Shown here one piece after another: positions 8,481-19,027 of a stretch of 42,802 nt of DNA; position 1 is the first letter of the stretch, and every line of letters starts with the position of its first letter. The translations under genes and the position numbers were made by a program. The notes below the pieces were generated by a model. The model did not search any database and had not been told where the DNA came from. It was given only the letters and a program-made list of their open reading frames with translations. The DNA is from Trichomonas gallinae. Taxonomy: Eukaryota. Location: the NCBI GenBank assembly GCA_008369845.1, contig MRSU01004282.1:1-42802 (forward strand), given 5' to 3'.

Positions 8481-11324
8481 ATGAACTTCCCGCTCGAAAA
8501 TGTGCTGGAAGCTCTTCACGCGACTAATGATCCTAAACAGCAACAGGATGCAGTCGAGTACCTGTACAAATGGGGTGAGTCTCCTGGCTGTTTACACCAA
8601 ATTTGCGAGATATTAAGAACAAATGATGACAACAAATTAGTTTTAGGACAAATATTGCCAAGAGCCAAGATTTGTGTCGTCCAAAATTGGCTAAAATACA
8701 CCGATGAAGATCGTACATTCTTCAGGGAAACATTTAGTATCAAATTCGACAATTATCAAGGCGAACAATACATTCTAGACTTTCTCGTTGCAATCATCGC
8801 GGAAATGGCTCTCAAAGACTGGCCTCATGAATGGCCTCAATGCATGGATTATTATATCCAAAGATGCGCAGACAGCATTGAGCACTGCATTAAGAGCTTC
8901 AATGTTATATCAAAGATCTTAGAATCCATAAATGACAGTGACAATTTAACAACAATGAGAAGAAACGAATTAAATCAATTAGCAACGAATCATCACGAGA
9001 GATTCTTTGAAATTCTCGATGGTTCACTTGCGAATTACGATCCAAATCAAATGAAAGGCCCAGTTTTAGTACTTTTAAGCTCACTTAGTCTTTCTGCGCC
9101 AATTGAAAGAATATTCGGAATCTTTTCATTACACACATTCTTTACGAACTTAATTGTCGATCCACAACTATGTCAGATCGCTATCAAAACACTTACAAAC
9201 ATTTTACTCGTTAGAAATGATGCAGATCAAATATTTACAGATCATTATCAAGAAATTATTGTCTATTTCATGAGATTCTTCTGCGAATTCACAGAAGAAG
9301 AGCTTGAGGAACTCTTCAAGGATGATTTACAGGAACTTAGGGAAGTAGAAATCACACATCTTGAATTAACTGATGAAATCTTGGAGTTTATTCTTAGATA
9401 CTTAGAACATTACACAAGGATGTTAGAAGATGCATGTGTTTACGAAGATTCAATACGACAGCCCAATTTTTCAATTGTTCATTTAATTTATTCAGGATTA
9501 TTAAGGACAGAGCTTCCATATAACTGCGTTACTCCTTACTGGGACCTCTGGCGCGATATTCTCATGAGGTTAATTAAAGCACACAGATCTAAAAATATTT
9601 TCGATTCTTTGACACCTGTCGCAGCTGTTTTTGACGACGAATTGATTGACCAGATGGTTGAATCCTTCTTTGAAGCTCTCGAGACAGCAATATCAGGTGG
9701 CCAAATCAAGAATACAAGTGCACAAGCGGCCTGGGTTGCTATTTGCTCATTGAGATCTGAAGAAGTTTTTGAGTTTATTTCACATCAATCCCATATCTCT
9801 TCAAAGATGTGCTACGCATTAGGCGTCTTAAACACAGTCATCAATGCATCACAAGAGCAGCAACTTCTTGAGGAAACACTGCCAGCTTTGATAGAATTCA
9901 ACCAATCTTCTCAGTCAGCTGAGTTTTCTTGCTCACTTTTGTACTATTTGAGTCACTCAACTCGTAGCCTTGCGAACTTAGAAATTTTGATGCAGACATT
10001 TGTTCATCTTCTTGCGTCTAATTTCGCTTCTGAAGATGAGAACCTCGCCAAGTCAACTGCAGCAGCATTCATGTATTCAGCCAGTAGATCTCCGCACGTT
10101 TACTGGAAGATAAATGATGCCGACGGTTCTCCACTTTTCAGGATTGTTTTAAATGAAGTTAATACATGTGCGGGACTCGCAGAAGAAAACGCTCTTAGGA
10201 TCTTCTGCGGCATTGCAAGGATAGCTAAATCAATACAGAACGAGGAAACCCGCGACGAAATCTATGACATGTTATTCAACGCGGCCATCACACAGATACA
10301 AACAAGCGATCAGGATAGTATAGCAAGAGGTTTGAAATTAATCGCACAGCTCGCTGAAATGGATTTGCCTGGAGTTAAGGCTAAACTGAAAGACATCTTC
10401 GTTCCATTGTTAGGACTGATCGAGCGCGCAAGAGATATGCATGAAACATATTTCTTCATGCAGTCTACTGCGACAATCATCATGATTTTCAAGCAGTTCG
10501 ATTTGACAGATGCTGGAGAAGCTATGAACATGCTGATGGAAATTCTCCTCAACTCAGTATCAATGCCGGAATCTGCCCTTTACGCGTGCAACGACATAAG
10601 AAGGCAGTTCGATCCAGTTGAGAGATATGCAGACGAAGTTAGAGAAGCTTATGTTAAGCCGTTCTTAGATCACTGGGGAATCGAAAAAGTTACACCTGTT
10701 TTACAATTCTTCAGATTCTGGAATATTAAAGATGTTGAAATAGAGAATGTCATTGATCTGGCAGCCTCTTGCATCATAGACGCGAGGGCAACAATCGGCA
10801 AGGAAGCATGCAAACTTCTTAGAAGAGTTTTCGCGATTTGCAGCACAGAAAATGCTAAACTTGTTATGGCAAGAAGAGAACAAATCATCAGAGCTTTGTT
10901 TACTGCAATTTCCGACACTTATCACCTCCAAGTCTTTGATTCGCTCGCAAAGACAATCCTCGCTTTCTACAAGATCGCTTTGTTAGTTCACTACAACATG
11001 CGCGAATTCGATAATGAAGTCGCAGCAGTACTACAAGAAAACGTTCAATTTGCTGATGTTAGGAATGAAGTTTCTCCTAAACTCAGACAAGTCATCGGCA
11101 ACGTTGAAGAGTTCAAGGGTGTACTTAGAGAGCTCTTGGTCACAATCAAGTCTGCGAATATGTCGGACAAGAAGCTATTCAAGAGAGAGTTCAAGCTCGA
11201 CTCAATCAGGTCGCAAATAGAAAGTTTGGCGGACACAGAGGAAAAGTCTGCAATCAAAGCAGAAGAGCTCGAGTTGTTGCCAATGCTCGCTAAGCTTTCA
11301 ATCACAAAGAACTATCACGAATAG
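8481..11324 (+). CDS. Exportin-1/CRM1-like importin-beta family karyopherin
   Basis: 947-aa helical HEAT-like ORF with an IBN_N-like start (QQQDAVEYLYKW...QNWLK) and the Xpo1-domain motif IAEMALKDWPHEWP. Confidence 0.75.
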   Translation: MNFPLENVLEALHATNDPKQQQDAVEYLYKWGESPGCLHQICEILRTNDDNKLVLGQILPRAKICVVQNWLKYTDEDRTFFRETFSIKFDNYQGEQYILDFLVAIIAEMALKDWPHEWPQCMDYYIQRCADSIEHCIKSFNVISKILESINDSDNLTTMRRNELNQLATNHHERFFEILDGSLANYDPNQMKGPVLVLLSSLSLSAPIERIFGIFSLHTFFTNLIVDPQLCQIAIKTLTNILLVRNDADQIFTDHYQEIIVYFMRFFCEFTEEELEELFKDDLQELREVEITHLELTDEILEFILRYLEHYTRMLEDACVYEDSIRQPNFSIVHLIYSGLLRTELPYNCVTPYWDLWRDILMRLIKAHRSKNIFDSLTPVAAVFDDELIDQMVESFFEALETAISGGQIKNTSAQAAWVAICSLRSEEVFEFISHQSHISSKMCYALGVLNTVINASQEQQLLEETLPALIEFNQSSQSAEFSCSLLYYLSHSTRSLANLEILMQTFVHLLASNFASEDENLAKSTAAAFMYSASRSPHVYWKINDADGSPLFRIVLNEVNTCAGLAEENALRIFCGIARIAKSIQNEETRDEIYDMLFNAAITQIQTSDQDSIARGLKLIAQLAEMDLPGVKAKLKDIFVPLLGLIERARDMHETYFFMQSTATIIMIFKQFDLTDAGEAMNMLMEILLNSVSMPESALYACNDIRRQFDPVERYADEVREAYVKPFLDHWGIEKVTPVLQFFRFWNIKDVEIENVIDLAASCIIDARATIGKEACKLLRRVFAICSTENAKLVMARREQIIRALFTAISDTYHLQVFDSLAKTILAFYKIALLVHYNMREFDNEVAAVLQENVQFADVRNEVSPKLRQVIGNVEEFKGVLRELLVTIKSANMSDKKLFKREFKLDSIRSQIESLADTEEKSAIKAEELELLPMLAKLSITKNYHE

Positions 11325-11726
11325 ATATAATAAAGTTTATTTAGAGATTTTTATTAAATTAATATTTTTTTTTTTTTTGCTTCAAATAACTATAATATTG
11401 AACGAATCATAATTTTAATATAAAAATGCATTTTTACAACACAATAATGATGAAGTTTTAACAATAACATTCAATTTTTTGATTTTTTAAGCATATATGA
11501 TCAAACTAATAGAAAATATTTGAAATTAAGCAAGATTATAAACTATATCATAATGTATCAATTCATAACATCAATTTAATTTTGAATATTTATTAATTTT
11601 TGAAAAATTGAAATTAAAGCATGAATATATAATTATTTGGTCATTAATTATATATATCTTTGAAATAGAAGATTATTAATTATATATACAGAATATAATT
11701 TATTTTCAAACAGAAATAATATGTTT

Positions 11727-12644
11727 TTAGACAATAATAACAATATTTAACTCATTATCTTCCATTCCTTCTTTTTGTGAGTCAATATTATCCTTTTTAG
11801 AGAGAGTTATCGTGATTGATAAAATAACATAATCAACAATGAATCTATGAGCGAAGAACATTGTCGAAAATATCCACATGTATTTGTTTGCGTCAATTAA
11901 AATATATCTTACAACAATAAATGAATAAATATATGTTCTTAATATAAGAGCAGCGCAGAAAAGAAAAGCAAACAAAAATAGATCAACAACTAATGCCAAT
12001 CTTTTCTTTCTTTCGAACATATCTTGAAATGAAGAAAAAATTACTATCATTGATAGAATTAAGAACGAAACAACATTGATAACATATTCCAATGGAATGA
12101 TTATGTTCTTGTAATAAAATCCGATGTCTGAATAAAGGAATAAATTCCACTTATTCGGTAAATTTACGAAAAGTAAAATTGTTTTAATGATTGTTGATGC
12201 TGAAAAGAAGTACTGTAAGATCCTTGATGCATAGCCGAGTATTTTCAATAGTGGATTGTTCAAAGTATTAAGAATTTTGCAAATATGAACGAGATAGCAT
12301 GAAAGACTCATGAGATACATGTCGCTTGATATTGCTGCAAAATTTGAATATAGGTCGTTAATTTCTTCATGCCGCTCCGCATAAAAAACGAAAAAATAAT
12401 ATATTATGATAACAAAGAAAGCAATGAATGATGAACAGTATCCGACACTCGCAGGAATAATGCAGTGGAAGATGGATTTGATTTTCATTTCTCTTAAATT
12501 GCTTGCGATCAAATATGCGAAAGGAATCAGTAATAATCCTGTTACAACAATAGCTGCGTATGAAAGAGGATGGTCGCATACATACGAATTGATTGCTACG
12601 CACGGCTGAACATTTCCAGATGAATACCAAAAAGCATTGTTCAT
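11727..12644 (-). CDS. Multi-pass (~7 TM) membrane protein, GPCR-like topology, function unknown
   Basis: 305 aa with about seven hydrophobic segments, a short Cys-containing N-terminus and a charged C-terminal tail. Confidence 0.7.
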   Translation of the reverse strand: MNNAFWYSSGNVQPCVAINSYVCDHPLSYAAIVVTGLLLIPFAYLIASNLREMKIKSIFHCIIPASVGYCSSFIAFFVIIIYYFFVFYAERHEEINDLYSNFAAISSDMYLMSLSCYLVHICKILNTLNNPLLKILGYASRILQYFFSASTIIKTILLFVNLPNKWNLFLYSDIGFYYKNIIIPLEYVINVVSFLILSMIVIFSSFQDMFERKKRLALVVDLFLFAFLFCAALILRTYIYSFIVVRYILIDANKYMWIFSTMFFAHRFIVDYVILSITITLSKKDNIDSQKEGMEDNELNIVIIV

Positions 12645-13272
12645 TTTTTTATTTAACCTTACGATATTTGAATGGTTTACAATACCAAATTTGAAATAAA
12701 ACTGACACTTGATTATACGATTATTTTTCCCTCAAAAATAATCTTTTTATTTATAAAAGATCTTAATAATGAATTCAACAATCATTTTTTTGATTTTATT
12801 GTCACTTTTTGTTAAATATACTGTCACTCAAAACAGCACAAACGATTTGCTCCAAACTTTTGCAATGGACTTAGTAGTGATTAGAGTATACGATTTATTT
12901 GATAATGATTTGCATTTGGAAATGAATGCGATCCCATGATGTTCCTTTCGAAAATAAGGTTAGAGAATTGGATTCCCTCTGTTATAGAGAAATCATTATA
13001 TGGCTATGAAAGAAAATATTTTATTGCAATGTCACTACTATTTACAATATGAATATCATTGTAAATATTGCCTTATTTTGATTTAATTACCAATCAAATA
13101 TGAAACGCAATTTGATAACTATAATGATAAAAATTAAGAATATATCGAGATGATGATGTTCATATTGCTCGTTATGTGCTTTTTCCATCAATATTATAAT
13201 TTTTGAAAAAATGTAAAGGGAAATATATGGATTTCATAAATACAAACAAAAATTTATCAAAAAAACAATATA

Positions 13273-14718
13273 TTACAGAGTGAAATCAAAAGAATACTGT
13301 TGTAATTCCGAATCAAAATCAATGAAATCGCCATGGAAGTTCTTAACGGCAAATCTAGCAACTTTCTTCCACTTATTCATGAAGTCATTAGGTTGAACCA
13401 GTTCTGTTTTTGATTTGAATTTTGCAACATTAGCAGCAGCTTCTTGTGCTGTCCTCTTAACATCCTCAGACCAAGAGTTCAGTGCAATTTTGATGGATTC
13501 TTCGAGCTGTGCTGGAATAAATCCAACAGTTTTGATTAACATTCCAATAAAGCCTTCATCGCCGAGTATTTTAAAGGCTGTGTTGCAAACTTTCGCGTTC
13601 GATGACTTAACTGACAAGAAAAGTTTTGAACATACTGGAACGCAAATTGTCGGGAAAAAGCTTGGACCGAGCGAAAATAAAATTATGTGGAGCTCATTCA
13701 AGAAAATTATTTGCTTGTGTGAGTCCGTAATTGGCCAATGCTTTAATAAAAATCGAATGAAAAATAATGTCGTCGTTGAGTCTTTCTTTGTGAAAATTTC
13801 GCTATATTTTGATAAGGGATCGAAAAATTCTTCAAGTCTGGGCGTAATAAACAGCGGAAAAACAATTACTCTTGACTGTGCAAAAAATATCGACGGAATC
13901 TGTGGCGTATTATTTAAAATTGCTGATAAAAACTGAATGCATGGCAAAGCAACAAAGTGTTGAACGACTCTATCTCTATAGTTCTTAATCAAATGATTGA
14001 CTTCATCGATTATTGAATCTCGTTGATCCGAGAATTTGCTGAAATAAAGTAATAAAGTGTCCTTTGCCAATGCCTGCTCTTCTTTTACAGGGGATTTGAA
14101 GCGACTTACTAAGTGTTTCCAGTAGCTTGATGTAATAACGTATGGATATTTTTGTATAAAAACTTGGAGCATGGAATACCAAACCTTGAGATAATCTAAG
14201 CCAGTAAGAGTAAAATAAGCTGGATAATCCGAGATAAACCAAAATTCACTAATATTTATAAGTTTGTACCTTATATTTTGATCGATGAGATTAAAAACAT
14301 TGGTGGTAATCTCAGCCTGTGATAAAAATATTGGATTTTTGTTGATTTGATCATACATCTTATTAATTAAGTACAATTTTTCAGTTAAAACGCCATTATT
14401 GTCAGGTACATGAACGTATACCTTATAATCTGCTTCGAAATTGATTAGTTCGTATAATTTGTTAAGGTCATCGATTACAAGATTTGGATTATCAACTGTT
14501 GGAGGTATTATTTTTATGCCCAAGTCTATATATTCTATGTTGTTGAGTCCGTATTTACTTTCATCTATTGGTTTTAAACTGAGGGGCTTCGTGGGCGATT
14601 TTAATTGCGGAAAAATACTCATAGATGAATTTCGCAAGCTGTTTGTACTGAGAGAACCCCGAATTTGGAGTGCAGATTTTGATTGTATGAACTGTGGCCC
14701 TTTTATTCTTTGAAACAT
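13273..14718 (-). CDS. Protein phosphatase 2A regulatory subunit B56 (B') family protein
   Basis: B56 motifs FTKKDSTTT...FLLKHWPITDSHKQIIFLNEL, SVKSSNAKV and SWSEDVK. Confidence 0.85.
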   Translation of the reverse strand: MFQRIKGPQFIQSKSALQIRGSLSTNSLRNSSMSIFPQLKSPTKPLSLKPIDESKYGLNNIEYIDLGIKIIPPTVDNPNLVIDDLNKLYELINFEADYKVYVHVPDNNGVLTEKLYLINKMYDQINKNPIFLSQAEITTNVFNLIDQNIRYKLINISEFWFISDYPAYFTLTGLDYLKVWYSMLQVFIQKYPYVITSSYWKHLVSRFKSPVKEEQALAKDTLLLYFSKFSDQRDSIIDEVNHLIKNYRDRVVQHFVALPCIQFLSAILNNTPQIPSIFFAQSRVIVFPLFITPRLEEFFDPLSKYSEIFTKKDSTTTLFFIRFLLKHWPITDSHKQIIFLNELHIILFSLGPSFFPTICVPVCSKLFLSVKSSNAKVCNTAFKILGDEGFIGMLIKTVGFIPAQLEESIKIALNSWSEDVKRTAQEAAANVAKFKSKTELVQPNDFMNKWKKVARFAVKNFHGDFIDFDSELQQYSFDFTL

Positions 14719-15414
14719 TTTTTTTTATGAATTTATTGTCACGTTTTATTATTTTGTAAAAAAATGATCGTTAGTTTGAATTCGCGCACATATTTCTTGA
14801 GATTCCGCGTTTATTCGCTTTCCACATGACGTATTATGGATTAACTGGCTTAGTTCTTCATTCTTGTTGGGTTTATTATAGCAAATATAATATTTTTTGA
14901 CTGACTCTCTTTACAAGCTATGTATTGCATTTCAAAACAATAACACATCATTATTATAAGCTGCTAATAATTGAATTCTATAAATTTAATTTGAGAATTT
15001 TTTTATACAACTTATTTCAGTCAATACTTATATATTGAATTACAAAACAGTAGTGAATCATTTTTGTATGCTGCAAATTATTGAAATGTAAAAATTTAAT
15101 TTATTTTTTTTTTACAATTATTCTCATTCAATAGTTATGCAATACATTTCAAAATTGTAAAACACCATTTTGATAAATTGCTAATTGTTGATTGTTGGAA
15201 AATTTGAATAAAAATAAAATCGAATTAATCAAAATTGTAAGACATGAATAAAAGTGTGCAATGATACGTTTCGTTTGTATATTGTTAAATGTTTGTCAGC
15301 TTAATGAATTTTCAAAATGATTATTAAATTGTTTTTACAAATACAATGAAATGTCGAAAATATAAAAATGGATAACTCATTTAATAGTAAATTCAAACAA
15401 ATGATTGCAAATAT

Positions 15415-16386
15415 CTACATTAAGTGAGGGATAATAAAAATTTCATTAGTAAAAGAAAACAAGTAATGATTATAAGGGATTATTTCTTCTGTTTCTTTTC
15501 TGTAATGTACTGCTTCGCATTTGTTCGTTGAGAAATGTTCAAGGAAAATTTCAAATTTTTTTGTTGAAGTAATTTTAATTTTGTCTGTGTTTGATGACAA
15601 AGATATGTAATTATCATTAAAACAACATTCATTGACTTTGATCGTGCCTGGACTGAAATAATGAAAATAAAATAAGTATTTAACTGTGTTGTTACCAAAG
15701 ATTGTTTTAGTAACTTTGAAATCACCTCCTTCACTAAAAACTAATCCATTTTGTGAATGAATTCCGTGGTCTTTGTTAGATATAACGCTGCATAGAGTCA
15801 AATTTGAATCGATATATCCTAAATATAATACTCTTCCTTTATTTGCGGTGTTATTGTATATTGTGCAAAAGCTAATATAAGCACCTTGCGTACTGCAGGC
15901 TATGTTGTAATTGCCAACAATATTTGAATTATTGACATGTTTAATCTTATTGATTTGTATGAATGCTGCATAATTGCATTTTGCTGATGAAATTGATGAC
16001 TCGAAAAAATAATTTTTTGTTGAATGATCTGAATTTGATAATGAAATATATGAATGAGCATCATCACCAGTTGTTTCTGGACTAAAATCGCAGATATGGA
16101 ATTGGATGCAATGACCTGATTCTTGGCAGATTGCAAGGCCATGAGCAGTGCCTGACAATTCAGAAAATGTTGTAGATGCGACTAAAAGTTTGTTATCTGA
16201 GCTTGATTTCAAATGAATGCATTGTGTTTTGTGAGCTGTCAATAATGCATCAAATACATAATATGAGCCTGAAACTGATGTAATGGGCTCATTAGCAGAC
16301 CTTTTTGTGAAGTTAGTTGTTTCATTAAAATATTTTTCCCAAAGATCGTCTGATCCATGAATGTGATGTTCAAATAATATAAACGT
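15415..16386 (-). pseudogene. Trichomonad hypothetical secreted/surface-type protein with ACG in place of the start ATG
   Basis: The frame of ORF 15415-16242 stays open upstream to ACG-TTT-ATA-TTA-TTT at 16386, giving [M]FILFEHHIHGSDDLWEKYF. The only ATG in the frame is the last sense codon, and an in-frame TGA lies shortly upstream. Confidence 0.6.
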
Positions 16387-16705
16387 GATAATAGGTATTT
16401 TAAAAACAATGATATCTTTCGTTTGATGTTCTCAAAATGAAAAAAAAATTGAAAGAAAATGATATATATATTAATAAAGCTGCAAAATAAAACAAGTGGA
16501 ATTGTTTTATTGATAGTGTATGATATTTTCAAACGTCAGCGAGTGGAATCACCCAAAAAAAAATGATGTGAACGATTAAAAGGAATTCAAAAATTGAGTA
16601 CAGAGCAAATCATGCTAATGGATTGTGAAGATGTCAAAATAGTCCTCAGAATAACTAATAAATGAAAATAATAAAAAAATCCAAACAAACAAAACAAATT
16701 TATTA

Positions 16706-18541
16706 TTATGCAAATGAATTTCTTCTTCCTGTTGATGTTCTTCCTGAAGCTAAAACATCCTCAAGCTTCGGTCGACTTCTTTCGAAAGGTATTGGAACGT
16801 GCATCGATTTTGAAGATTCGCATGCATCTAAAGCTTCCTGGTAGCAAATCCTTGACTCGCTGACCCAGTCTCCGTCTTTTTCGCCTGACAGGACCATGAA
16901 GTAAGAAAGAGCTGTTATTGAGTCCATCAGCTCCCTGCAAATGAGCCTCTTCTCTTCGTCCTTCCTCTTCTCGTTCTCCATGAGCATCTGCATCAAATCT
17001 TCGCTATTTGTCGCAGATCCATATAATGAGTTTTCCAGCTGTTGGCTGTTGACTTCTATCCTAGCTATCTTCTCTTTGAGCTGTGTCAACTGTTCCTGTA
17101 GCTGCTGTAGCTTTGCCTGGCTATGCTGATACTGTTCATTTTTCGCAGAAAGAGCAGCTTCGAGCATAGAAACTTCGCTTTCCAAACCTTTTCGCTCGTT
17201 TCTGCCTTTTTCTTCCATCTCTTGTATCTGCTGCTCTTGCTCTTTCTTCACTCTCCTCTCCGCCTGCTGGAAGTCCATCTTGATCTGCTTGATGCTCTGC
17301 TCGAAGTTGTTCACAAGCGCTTTAGACTCGCTCTCGAACTGGGCCAATTTCTGCTTGAACTGCTTGCTTCCACTCAAGTTTGAATTCGCGCCGGTTATGA
17401 GTCTTATCTTATCATCTCTCGACTGCTTTTCTGCCTGCAAAAGTGCTTGAATTTGGTTTGTCTTCAAAGCAAAAAGTTGCTCTTCTCTTTCCTTCCTCGC
17501 TTGCATGACAAGACGCTGAGTTTCTGTTTGGTATTGCAAGGCTGTTTGTCCTCTTTCTTGAGAATTTGCTTTTTCTTTTTCAAAAAGTTGTGCACGAAGT
17601 TGAGAAATTTTTGATTCCATTTCTTCTGTTAATTGGGCAACTCTAATTGGATGATCTTTGACTTTCTGATACAGTAAAGCCATTTGGACTTGTTCTTTCT
17701 TTTCTTTCTCTAATTGAGATTGCAAATTCCATAATTGCTTAGTAAGTTCTGTTTCCTCATCAAGAATTTTCTTCATTGTATCATTGTAAGTTCGTGCGAG
17801 CTCTGGGATATTCTCAAAATCTTGGCCTGCGATTGCACGAATTTCATTTTTAGTTCCTTCAATTCTACGACGAAGAATTGCATTGGATGCATCAATTTTC
17901 GCGATTGAATCAAGTTTTTCCTCGAGAAGTGAGTTTTTAATACGAATTTGTTCATCAACTTGTGAAGTTAAAAATGCAATATCATTGATATCGGATCTAA
18001 GCTTTTCGATCTTAACTTTATTCTTTTGCATGAAAAGCTGAGCTGCACCTTTAACTAAATAATTAATTGATTCTTGTAATCTGTTTTGGCCTTCTTGAAC
18101 TTGTCCAATGTATTTCTTAGATTCATCTATTTGCTCGTTTTCTGTGTCTTTGTCAATATTAGTTGTTAAATTGTCTAAAACGATTCTTAATTCGACTAAA
18201 TTCGTTTCATTTTCTTGTGTTCTATGTTTATGCTCATCTAAAAGCATATCTATTTTAGATTTTATTTCAATAATGTCATCATCTGGATCAGATTCCTCAT
18301 CTGCTTTTTTAGGATTTTCAACGGCAGCACGAACTTTTAAAACTAAGTCTGTTTTGTTTTGTTCTTTAGCTCGCTCACTTGGAGCTTCGATGATTTTCTT
18401 CTGTTCTTTTTGTATTTGAGTCCAAACGAATGGAATCTCAGGACCGTCTTTTTGAATTATATCTGCTCTGCGCATTGATACTGGTCTACCACTTGGAGCA
18501 TCTGAGGGCGGCTTTACCTTGAAAATAGGTTCATCCGTCAT
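16706..18541 (-). CDS. Coiled-coil protein, unknown function
   Basis: 611-aa ORF from the ATG at 18541, with an E/K/Q/L-rich heptad pattern. Confidence 0.8.
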   Translation of the reverse strand: MTDEPIFKVKPPSDAPSGRPVSMRRADIIQKDGPEIPFVWTQIQKEQKKIIEAPSERAKEQNKTDLVLKVRAAVENPKKADEESDPDDDIIEIKSKIDMLLDEHKHRTQENETNLVELRIVLDNLTTNIDKDTENEQIDESKKYIGQVQEGQNRLQESINYLVKGAAQLFMQKNKVKIEKLRSDINDIAFLTSQVDEQIRIKNSLLEEKLDSIAKIDASNAILRRRIEGTKNEIRAIAGQDFENIPELARTYNDTMKKILDEETELTKQLWNLQSQLEKEKKEQVQMALLYQKVKDHPIRVAQLTEEMESKISQLRAQLFEKEKANSQERGQTALQYQTETQRLVMQARKEREEQLFALKTNQIQALLQAEKQSRDDKIRLITGANSNLSGSKQFKQKLAQFESESKALVNNFEQSIKQIKMDFQQAERRVKKEQEQQIQEMEEKGRNERKGLESEVSMLEAALSAKNEQYQHSQAKLQQLQEQLTQLKEKIARIEVNSQQLENSLYGSATNSEDLMQMLMENEKRKDEEKRLICRELMDSITALSYFMVLSGEKDGDWVSESRICYQEALDACESSKSMHVPIPFERSRPKLEDVLASGRTSTGRRNSFA

Positions 18542-19027
18542 CAAGAAAAAACAAATTTGATTTTTTTAACGAAAATGACATTTTTTCTAAATTCTAAAAT
18601 TCAAATATAATATATAATTTGAATTTAAAGCATATTTCATCATGAAAATCAAATTTTGACAATAAACAAAAATTTTGACATAATTTCAAAATGTAAACTA
18701 AAATTAACAGAAATCCTTTAATTGTGATTTCCTAAACTATTATATGCTATAGAAAATAAATTTTCGATTTTTTTTAACATATATTCAATATTCCAATTTT
18801 CAATATTTTGTTCGACATATATGAAGCAGACCAATCTAGTATAGATTCACATTGATGGCAAATTTTACAATAATTGTGATATTTAGTTGTTTATATCTTT
18901 TATAAAATTTTTAATTCATTCAAGATTAATTCTTAATACAATGAACTGTTTGAAAAGGTGAAATGATAGATAAACAATTCTTTTGAATTTTACAAAAAAA
19001 TAATTATATTTACAGATAATCTAAATA

